DNA from: Perna viridis
Lineage: Eukaryota
Assembly (NCBI GenBank): GCA_037379345.1
Contig: CM074519.1
Coordinates: 33,940,103-34,004,102 of the forward strand
DNA length: 64,000 nt
Direction of reading: 5' to 3'
Shown here one piece after another: positions 12,101-24,100 of the stretch. The translations under genes and the position numbers were made by a program. Every line of letters starts with the position of its first letter. Position 1 is the first letter of the stretch. The notes under the pieces are model-generated. The model saw only the letters and a list, made by a program, of their open reading frames with translations. It was not told where the DNA came from and searched no databases.

Positions 12101-15100
12101 GCTAATCAGGTATATACACGTCTTCCTCTTGTTTCATTGACATTTTTTATGTTACAAAATTAATTTACTTCCTGGTTATACTGAATATGAAAAAGTAGCT
12201 ATTTTGGCATGGGATTCTTACCCTGTTTATTGGATATTTGTGAGTCAAGACATTGAAAATGTAGGTATAATTCTTTGATCAGATTGTTAATGTTTGTAAT
12301 ACTTTTATGAAAATCAGGAAGCCAATTCTATCAGTACGAGGTCATCAAACTTTTTTTAAAAAATGTGCTATATTGGAAAGCAAATAAGAATTTACTTTTA
12401 TTGTTTTACATTCCAGAGATGTAAAACCTAGTGTGTTTATGTCAGAGTTAGATAAATCTAAGAAAAATGCAGTGTTCTTGATGCAGAGGTTGCCTCATAT
12501 CATTCCATTCTCAGAGGTATTATTTCATTTCCCTATATAATTATTGAACTGTTTATATCTAGTAATTGTATTGTAAGAAAAATTAGATGGGGTTAATGAG
12601 CAAGAGTAACTGTTGTACTGTTATATTGCTAAATAAAAAAAATAATAGGTAAAGTTTTCATTTATAAATATCTCATCAGTAAGTTATTTTATGTCCATGT
12701 TCTCTTAAACTTGCAAAAAACTGATGTGAACCAATGCAAATTGCGGTGACTTGTGACATAATAGGGAAGCAAGGTGTTGTACTGTAAGGGTTGGTATCTC
12801 TTTTGTTATAGTAACTAAATTGCATCTTTATTTCAGAGAGTGAAATTATTTCGTCGTAATGTTATGAGAGAAAAAGAATCCATGGGACTGACAGAATCAG
12901 CTTGTACTTCACCCCAGTCTACACTTATATCTGCACATAGGTCCAGAATTGTAGAGGTCAGATTTTAATACTCTTGTTAGATTTCTCAGCATCTATTTCT
13001 ACATACTGTAACATATCAGCAAACATCAGTCATATCATCTTCTCACTCCATAGTAATTGTAACTGCTTAACTACATAAGGCATCAAGGCATGTAAGCTGA
13101 AATTATATAAACATCACTCTATAAAAATTATTTTAGGTCAGATTATAGTTATGGAAATTATTTCAGGGACATCAATGCTGCCATTTTCAGACACTTCCTA
13201 TGGTAGAGGCGATTAATGGTGTAGAAAACCCACCGAATACATGCTTTCTTTGGTCTGCATATGCTATATTTTTATGTAATGATAGACCTTTCTGTATTCA
13301 GATCTGTAATTTTGAGAAAACCATACATTCATCTCTCTCTTAAATCATCCAAATCAAACAAAATTAAGAATGATAATTCTTTTTAATTACCAATTTCCTA
13401 CATAATCTATATAATTTTTCTTTCAAAAGTGCAATTACCAATTGACATACTGAGACTTCTTATGTGGTCTGTAATTGTTTGTGAATTAGAAATAAAAGTG
13501 TATTCCATGGGTTTTTGACATGCTTGACTCATCTTTTGTAAGATTTTGTGATGACTGCTACTTAAAAGTTTAGTACATAATTATAAAATTTAGTTGTCTT
13601 GAAACATCCTCTTGGTTGGCATTTTTGATAATGTTTGTATAATTCTTTGCATCTGAACATTCTGAAGATCACATAGCTCATAACGGAATATCTCATACAG
13701 TGTATTTATTATTGTAATTTTGTTGTTTAAAATGTTCTTGTAGATTTGATGAACTCAAGAAAAATCCCTCAGTAATTTGAGATTTGCCAATACAATTTCT
13801 GAAGTTAAATCTACAATGAGTAAATTGGGTGCCCAGAAAAACTTAGACAGATTTATTTAATCTATCTATAATAACATGTCGTCTGTTTCAGGATGGTTAT
13901 AGGCAGCTGGCCCAATTACCTACCAAATCAATGAAGGGGCTTATTAGGGTGAAATTCATCAATGAGCAGGTGAAGTTAGATAAAAGTCGGTCAATATTTA
14001 ATTCATCATTGCTTTATTTTTAGGCTAGTTCTTGTATGATTACATTTATTTCTACAAACAGTCATGATATTTCAGAAGTCTTATATTTGCTATTGATATT
14101 TATGAAGAACTATATTTATTTATTTATGCAACTCTTACAGAGTAATGTCTCTTATGAAGGTATTGTGTCATGTTATCTTGTTTGTATTGTCTTAACTTGC
14201 ACTAGTGAGATTTAATATCTCTATGGTCCTATCAAATTGGGTCCACAGAACATTTCATAATTTCTTTCAGTTTTCTCACACATAGATCTGATAAACCCCA
14301 GTCTAAGTTTTTTCTGGCAAACATGGAAGAAACACCATAAATGATAGTGAATTCATGTGGAAAAAATGAGAAAAGAAACAGGAAAATTTATGATATATAC
14401 TGAAGAGGGTAACAGGGGTACCAATATTAAATACAGAGATTTCATAGATATTTACTGACTTTGATACCAAATTGTGTTCATTTAAATTACACTATGATAT
14501 TTCACACATAAAATTGTAAAATTGGGTCACATCATTATGAAGTCTTGTAAGCATATACATCATCAGATTTTTATTTTTATAGATATGTGACCCTTTGTAG
14601 TTCTTACACTAAAGATTTTAAAAGGCTCCAGTTGCTTCATGAAAAAAATCTCAAATTTCGAGTTTCCTCAAATCCACAGTTTTTCCTCAAATCTCTAATT
14701 TCAAGTGATCAGATTGGTTAAAATTTGAGTTAAGAAAGATTTGAGATTTTTTATGGAAACAGGCACAGACCAGTTTTAATCCATCTCATATAAAGGACTA
14801 GATGTTATTAGTATATTATAGACTTTACTCTTTCGTGTAGGGATTAGATGAAGCTGGTATAGACCAGGACGGTGTGTTTAAAGAGTTTCTGGAGGAGACA
14901 ATCAGTAGAGTGTTTGATCCATCACTAAATCTTTTCAAGGTAAAATCTTTTAGAGATACTTTATTTTGTGTTACATTAATTTTGCATTTATTTAACCAAA
15001 TAAATGATGATAAAACTTCTAATTGACACAAGTATAATAAATTGTATTAACAAATTGAGGATAGAAAATAGTCGTCTGTTTTAACAAAAGATGGAATCTG

Positions 15101-18100
15101 ATTAGGTTGACTGTTCTTAAAAGTATTCATACTAAATCACAACAGATGACAATAAGGCCCTTTTCAGATATTGATCTGTTAGAATATTGATCTCCTGTTC
15201 ATTTGTAGAGAATTCACATCACTACAAAATGATAAATAACTTGATTCTACAAAAGTTGTAATCACGTTATAATCTTAAATTGCATAAAGGATCTCAGTAA
15301 TGAATTCATGCAATATCTTTTGTCATGATTTTACAGTTGTCTAATTTTAGCTTAATTTATTTGAAGTTCAGATTTTATGTGACATTTGAATAGAAAATGA
15401 CTGTTTAACTGGTTGTAGTCATTGGTCTGTCTCTAATATTGGGCAGGACAAAACTGCCTTTTGGAGACCAATTGCAACAAAATGAGTTTATTTACTTACA
15501 AGTTTTGTCATCCCTTGTGTTATATTCTGTCATTCTTTTTCTAGGTGACATCTGAACAGAAGTTGTATCCATCCTCCACATCATACATACAAGAGAACCA
15601 TTTATCTCTGTTTGAATTTGTTGGTAAAATGCTTGGAAAAGCTGTATATGAGGTATGTAGTAAAATTTGGTTAATCATATGAAATTTTGAATGTATTGTT
15701 TCAGTCAAACATTGAGATACTAGTCGTGTCCATCCATTCTCTGATCTGTTATTGGTACTTTGTACACTACATCCTCTGAATGAGATTGTTGGATTTTGAG
15801 GATATTATGTAGGTTGTTTCATACTCTACATGTACCTTCTTTATTGTCTTACCTCATTAAAGGGAGAGAATATCAGTGAAATCCTATATTTGTAGATGCT
15901 CTGAAACATGAATGGCTGAAAAGAGTTTTATCAGAAGTGACATACTTTGTTATTTTTGTCTCCCTTGCAATGAAAATTGTGGAAGGCGAGACTAAGGTTT
16001 TGCTTTTCCGGGGGAAGCGTCGCAGGTGACGGCGGCGTCCACAAACTTGACTTTAAGTTTTCTGATAAGTTCATTTCAACATGAATCCTTTAATATAGGT
16101 CAATGATATTTGTTGTACAGATGCATTACCATCATTGCATCACAAATGCGTGCCAATTTGATACATATACCCACAATCATGGTCTATTGACTTAGAAAAA
16201 TCAATGTTAAAGTTTAATGTTAAATTTTCTGATAAGTTCATTTCAACATGAACCCCTTATGCTAGGTCAGTGATATTTTTGGTGTATAGATGCATTCATG
16301 CCAATTTTACACATATACCCCACAGTCTAGTGCATTTTGTAGTGATAACACAAAGGTGATAATTTTATAATTTTCATATTATTATACAAAATATGTAAGC
16401 AACACAATAAATAATATTTAACAAACACACCATTATATTGACAATATCGAACAGGTTAGACTTATCTCCATGATAACAGTTAATTTTTAACTTTTAAATC
16501 CTATGCACAGCATGTGTTATAGGAAGTCTACCTGTTGGTCAAGACAACAACATAGCAGTGCATAATCAACAAACCAAATGTGTATTTGTGTACAGATAGC
16601 TTCGTCCCTTACTGGCGAAATCTTAAATCATAGTGTACTATTGTTTGAACAATTTACAGAAGTTATTGGAATAAGTAACCAGCCATAGGATGGGCTGTTT
16701 GGCTATCTATCTTTTGCTTTGTGTGTGTCAGTTAATTTTGGTCTGTAAAATTTTGTTATTCGTAGAGTTTAGAATATGATGTTAAAATATAATGCTGTAT
16801 GGCAGTTCTTCTATAAGTAGCTTCTAAGGTCTTAAATTGACAGTAAACTGAGCCAAGACTTGTTAAAAAAAAGTTAATTTTACATCCATACCCTAATTGG
16901 GATATAAGGCACTGGTACTTTATGTTTTTGACTAAAAAATGTACACATTGCAAATAAAAAATAAAAAATTATAAAAAAAAATAAATAAATAAATTGGGGT
17001 TTTAGTTGGCTCAAATTTTCGTCTGTTTTTATTACTTTCATACATATATTTCCTTGACTGGGTATGGCCATGAATGTCAGTTGGTTTGCTTTCATGGGAA
17101 GCACCCTAATATAAAAGAATTCAACAATCTCTCAGTAATGTCCATATGTCAAAGCTGTAGATTAAGCTACCATCTTTTTTTTTAATTTTCCGCTTAAAAT
17201 AAAAAAAAAATTAATTCTTGTAGAAACAAAATCATCTCTAACCAGCAGTGAAGAACACTATTATCAAACATTGCATGTCATTTTTCAGGGAAGGGGCTTT
17301 TACCAGATAATGTTGCAGTGAAGTTCAATTTAAGTTCAATTACATTCTGTTCAGACTGTTGTAAACATAATATATTTGGCAAAAACAAAACCTTGGCAAA
17401 TCTCCTGCTTTGAGAAAATTTTGAGAGGAACAACATCACTGAATTAACTGAAGGCATGCCAACCAAAAATTTGTGTCTTCTTTGATTAAATTAGCCATAC
17501 TATTGTAATTCCTTCAAAAATGTATTAATGTTATTTGTCATGAAAGTTATTTTATATATGTATATTTCAGGGTATTGTAGTAGAAGTTCCCTTTGCACCA
17601 TTCTTTCTGACCCATATGTTGGGACACCAACAAAGTGCCACTTACAGTTCTTTAGATGAACTACCATCCCTAGATCCTGAACTTGCCAAGAATCTTACAT
17701 ATGTTAAAGTATGTTGCTGTAATATATTGATTTTCATGGTGGAAAGATAAGCATGAAAAAAGCTCCTGTTGTATCAATCATTGTAAATTGATTTGTAAGC
17801 ATTTGAAACCCTAATTATTATTTTTAACTGCAAAAATTGATATCTGTGATTATGTTCTTAAAGCATTAGGTTTCAACCTGTTTCAGTATATGTAGTTTAT
17901 GTGATGCTAAATTGCTAATTGTATGCCTTCAATTAAATAGTATCTAATTTTCTTCAACGAATTTCCATATACATGTAGTATGAACATCATAAGAAACCTT
18001 AATTAGAAAATTATACAACTCATTCTAAAATAATTTATGGCAAGTTTGATCTGTGAATTGTAGTACTTTCTTAAGAATGTGCTCCATAGTGTATCCAAAA

Positions 18101-21100
18101 CTTAAGTATTTCCAGTGTATAATTTACTATTTACAGCACTATGAAGGGGATGTAGATGACCTTGGATTGACCTTTTCTTTGGATGAAGACATTATGGGAA
18201 GGGTAGAAACACATGAACTGGTTCCTGGTGGTAAAGCTATACCAGTCACAAATGAAAACAAGTAAGATAATTTATTTCTAACAATTGAATTAGAATTCTA
18301 TGTATCCATTTTTGAGAATGTTTTTAAGCTAGAAATATCAATCAAGCAACCTCCACAATTGCTGGACTATTAAATTCACTGTTAAATGAAAATATTCCAG
18401 AGTCTCAGGCTATTGAATTGTTAGTAAATTTGACATAGCAGTCCAATGAATGTATGTCATTATCATGATTATTAGGTCTGGTTAGAGCCTTATGGGGAAT
18501 TTTGTACTTAGTGAACAGCCTTACTTCACCATTTCTATTTGAATTTAAAACTTCAATTCATGTGAGTAAATATCAATTACAATTTGGTATCTTAAATCAC
18601 ACAAGAAGTTTTGCTCTCTGTAATGAACAAAAAATTGCTCTGTTGAAATAGAGATTGAATGCTTTAATTTCCACCTAATTTAAATGCTTACTTTACAGAA
18701 TAAGATATGTGCACCTGATGGCCCACTTTAGAATGTATAAACAAATCAAAGATCAAACACAGGCGTTTATTCGAGGATTCAAAGCTGTCATCAATACTGA
18801 TTGGCTGTCCATGTTCTCCGCTCCCGAGCTACAGAAACTTATATCAGGAGATAATGCTGATTTAGATATACAAGATTTGAGGTAAGAGTTACCAGACTTT
18901 AATTGGGGATTCTATGGCAGTTTTGAAGTGACAGTAGCCTATTTGTAAAACAAATTATAGAGTATATGAAGTGCTGGTCTTCAATTTGACTATTACAAGT
19001 TTTGATATTGGAAGCCTAACAATAATGTATTTTTCCCCATCAGTTGAATTAACTAGTCTGCGTAACAATACATATTTGTTGAATGGTCTTGAGGGGAATA
19101 TTAGACATTGAAAAACGTTATAGATAGGATCCCAGGGTAATTACATTTACTGTTCCCCAAATGATCACCCCAAAAGTTTTATTGTACTAAACCATAATAA
19201 TGTTTTCTCTTTGAGAGAAGCACTGTTGATTTTGTTGTATTGGATAAACTTTGGGAACACCTGAACTTTAATTAGCCTATGAGAATAAGAGGAAAAAACT
19301 GTAAAATATGAAGAGGACACAGCTCCAATAAAAGCCAACCTTTATGATTTGTCAGTAATTTTTAAAAAATTCTGGTAGAACATGCAATCTTACAATCAGT
19401 AGTCTATTATTTACAGATTACCAATATTTCTAGTATGAGCCATTCCTAGTTAAGAAAATATATTCCAATCGTTAAGGCACTTGGCAGAGACTATTGAAAT
19501 AAGGGCAATGGGGTTTGGATCATGCAGTGCGTTTGGATTTCAAGGATGTTATCAATCTCAGTTAAGATATATCTTATTGTTTCGGAATAGTGAACGAAAC
19601 ATGTTTTCATCCAAGACAAATTCAAGATGTCAATTTCAATTTTTGTTTATGATTACTAACAAAAGTGCCAAATTATGGACAACTCGATCTTTTTTACTGA
19701 TAGTATCAAAAAGAGGTTTGTGTCTATGTTTTTACCTTGTCATCAGTATAAATTGATGATCCAGTATACAGATCAATATGGCCATTTGTACTAAAATGAT
19801 CATTTACTAAAGAAAATAAATACAGAAGTAGGATTACAATAAAGAAAAAATCAACGTGAAAAAAATGATTTTAGCTGGCTGTGCACCTAAAGTAAAAAAA
19901 TTATTAGTATATATTAGCCAATGTCTTTCATATATTGTTTGGTTGCCAACAGTATTTTTTTTTTGTTTCCAATCAATGACTTATATTTCTTATAACATGT
20001 TTTCAGGAGAAACACCCAGTATTATGGAGGTTACCATAACAACCATAAGGTTATCAACTGGATGTGGGATATTGTTGATAAAGATTTTACTAAAGATGAA
20101 AAGTCACTCTTCTTAAAGGTAAGCCACAAAGTTTATTACCATTTACCAGGTTGCTAATTTTCCAATAGATTACCTGTGTGTTGTTTTGTTTTCCTATAGG
20201 AATTTCTCATGTATGGGAACACCTATGTGTCCATCTAAGCTGTAATCTTATTGATGTGTTTAACGCTATCCTATACTCCATGTATGGGAACACCTATGTG
20301 TCCATCTAAATGTATGCTTATTGAAGCATATAACTCCGTCCTATACTTCATGTATGGGAACACCTATGTGTCCATCTAAGCTGTAATCTTATTGATGTGT
20401 TTAACGCTATCCTATACTCCATTTATGGGAACACCTATGTGTCCATCTAAGCTGTAATCTTATTGATGTGTTTAACGCTATCCTATACTCCATGTATGGG
20501 AACACCTATGTGTCCATCTAAATGTATGCTTATTGAAGCATATAACTCCGTCCTATACTTCATGTATGGGAACACCTATGTGTCCATCTAAGCTGTAATC
20601 TTATTGATGTGTTTAACGCTATCCTATACTCCATGTATGGGAACACCTATGTGTCCATCTAAGATGTATGCTTATTGAAGCATATAACTCCATCCTATAC
20701 TTCATGTATGGGAACACCTATGTGTCCATCTAAGCTGTAATCTTATTGATGTGTTTAACGCTATCCTATACTCCATTTATGGGAACACCTATGTGTCCAT
20801 CTAAGCTGTTATCTTATTGATGTGTTTAACGCTATCCTATACTCCATGTATGGGAACACCTATTTGTCCATCTAAGATGTATGCTTATTGAAGCATATAA
20901 CTCCATCCTATACTTCATGTATGGGAACACCTATGTGTCCATCTAAGCTGTAATCTTATTGATGTGTTTAACGCTATCCTATACTCCATGTATGGGAACA
21001 CCTATGTGTCCATCTAAGATGTATGCTTATTGAAGCATATAACTCCATCCTATACTTCATGTATGGGAACACCTATGTGTCCATCTAAGCTGTAATCTTA

Positions 21101-24100
21101 TTGAAGCATATAACTCCATCCTATACTCCATGTATAGATTTTTATACCCCCACTCAGCAAATGATTCACCTTGTTTGTCCATCCGTCATTCCATCCACCC
21201 AAATATCATATAAATTATCTCGGTTTCCAATGGATGGATTTATTTCAAATTGATGTGTGGCTTTCTGAAGATTATGTGTACATTGTTAACAATGTTTGGT
21301 GCTGAATGATATTAACTTCCTGTATAATTGGATTTTCCCATTATTAACTATATGGAATGATTGGAAAAATATTTGTCACAAATATCTCCTCTCCCATTGG
21401 ATGGGTAGATTTCAAATTTGGTTAGTGGCTTTATGCAGATGGTCATTTATTGTAAGTGACTCTAGGTGCTGTCCAACTTAATTTTCCTGTACCAGTTGGG
21501 TATACTTAGCACAACAACTCATGCAACTTCAAGTTTATGATTGCTTAGCTAAAAATCTTCTAGTACACATATTAAAAAAGAAATGATTTTGATCTCTTAT
21601 GCAATGAGATACATCATGTTACCTTGTGGAACAATTTCTATTCCTTGTACTAGTAAGTGTGTCATTTACTGTGTAGATGAAATCTTTTTGAACTCGATAC
21701 ACTTCCATTAATATATTGAAGTAAGTAAGGTTTGTAAGTTGTTATAAATGTTCTCTTAGACTAATTCAGCCTGGCAAAGAACTATGTCTTCTTCTTCCAG
21801 TACCATGCTGACTTTAGCATTAATTTTACAATTTAGCTCCAGGTAGCCAAAACTAAAGGAAAGTCTTATTTTATCTTTTTCAGTCTCTTTTCTCCTTCTG
21901 TAATGAGTAGTTTAACTTTTCTCCACTCAAGATGATAAAATCAAGATTTTCAACATGCAAACATAAGATTGGAGATATAATATAAATCCAGAATAGGCAG
22001 ATGGAGAATCTCTTTCTTCCATAAAATCTTTAAAAAAACATGGAAAATGTAAAATGGTAGGAAACCTTGAGCAGAAATTTAGTCAGTGCAAAGTGGTTAA
22101 AAAATGCTTTCGACTTTCTTATATCTTGCTGTACCTTCATTTATTTTTATGGAACACACTATTAGACATTGCTATTGTTTGTCCCGACTGATTTGTTTGT
22201 ATCTGTCAGATGTTAATGACATATTTACACAAGGAAGTGACTAAGCCCCACAAGACAGCATAGTGAAGTGAAGATGTTTGGAAAATGTCCACGAGACTTT
22301 CACCCATGTAGTCTTCATATAAAAACAATAGGATAATGTCTAGCCCTCAACACAGAAACTTGTAGGAAAGATAATGTCTGGCCTTCAACACAGAAACTCG
22401 TAGGAAAGATAATGTCTAGCCTTCAACACAGAAACTTGTAGGAAAACCTCAGCTCTTATCAGTCCCCATAAAAAGTTTACATAGTTGTACCAAACTGACT
22501 AGTGTACATCACTGTAAAAAAATGACTAGTATACATAACTGTAAAAAAATGGTTGTCAAGATAATGACAAGAGAATTATGTCTAGAGAAGTGGGTATGAG
22601 ACAATTGTGTCTAGAGAAGTGGGTATGAGACAATTATGTCTAGAGAAGTGGGTATGAGACAATTATGTCTAGAGAAGTGGGTATGAGACATTTATGTCTA
22701 GAGAAGTGGGTATGAGACAGTTATGTCTAGAGAAGTGGGTATGAGACAGTTATGTCTAGAGAAGTGGGTATGAGACCATTATGTCTAGAGAAGTGGGTAT
22801 GAGACAGTTATGTCTAGAGAAGTGGGTATGAGACCATTATGTCTAGAGAAGTGGGTATGAGACCATTATGTCTAGAGAAGTGGGTATGAGACCATTATGT
22901 CTAGAGAAGTGGGTATGAGACAGTTATGTCTAGAGAAGTGGGTATGAGACAGTTATGTCTAGAGAAGTGGGTATGAGACATTTATGTCTAGAGAAGTGGG
23001 TATGAGACAATTATGTCTAGAGAAGTGGGTATGAGACAATTATGTCTAGAGAAGTGGGTATGAGACAGTTATGTCTAGAGAAGTGGGTAGAGACAATTAT
23101 GTCTAGAGAAGTGGGTAGAGACAGTTATGTCTAGAGAAGTGGGTATGAGACCATTATGTCTAGAGAAGTGGGTATGAGACCATTATGTCTAGAGAAGTGG
23201 GTATGAGACAGTTATGTCTAGAGAAGTGGGTATGAGACCATTATGTCTAGAGAAGTGGGTATGAGACAGTTATGTCTAGAGAAGTGGGTAGAGACAATTA
23301 TGTCTAGAGAAGTGGGTAGAGACAGTTATGTCTAGAGAAGTGGGTATGAGACAATTATGTCTAGAGAAGTGGGTATGAGACAATTATGTCTAGAGAAGTG
23401 GGTATGAGACAATTATGTCTAGAGAAGTGGGTATGAGACAATTATGTCTAGAGAAGTGGGTATGAGACAATTATGTCTAGAGAAGTGGGTATGAGACAAT
23501 TATGTCTAGAGAAGTGGGTAGAGACAATTATGTCTAGAGAAGTGGGTATGAGACAATTATGTCTAGAGAAGTGGGTATGAGACATTTATGTCTAGAGAAG
23601 TGGGTATGATACATTTATGTCTAGAGAAGTGGGTATGATACAATTATGTCTAGAGAAGTGGGTATGAGACAATTATGTCTAGAGAAGTGGGTATGAGACA
23701 TTTATGTCTAGAGAAGTGGGTATGAGACAGTTATGTCTAGAGAAGTGGGTATGAGACAGTTATGTCTAGAGAAGTGGGTATGAGACAGTTATGTCTAGAG
23801 AAGTGGGTATGAGACATTTATGTCTAGAGAAGTGGGTATGAGACAGTTATGTCTAGAGAAGTGGGTATCAGACAGTTATGTCTAGAGAAGTGGGTATGAG
23901 ACAGTTATGTCTAGAGAAGTGGGTATGAGACAATTATGTCTAGAGAAGTGGGTATGAGACATTTATGTCTAGAGAAGTGGGTATGATACATTTATGTCTA
24001 GAGAAGTGGGTATGATACATTTATGTCTGGAGAAGTGGGTATGAGACAATTATGTCTAGAGAAGTGGGTATGATACATTTATGTCTAGAGAAGTGGGTAT

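Noticed and set aside
20208-21136. Constant ~31-bp segment plus variable ~40-bp segment as repeat-spacer array
   Set aside because: The variable parts are only two related sequence types that recur; this is a minisatellite.
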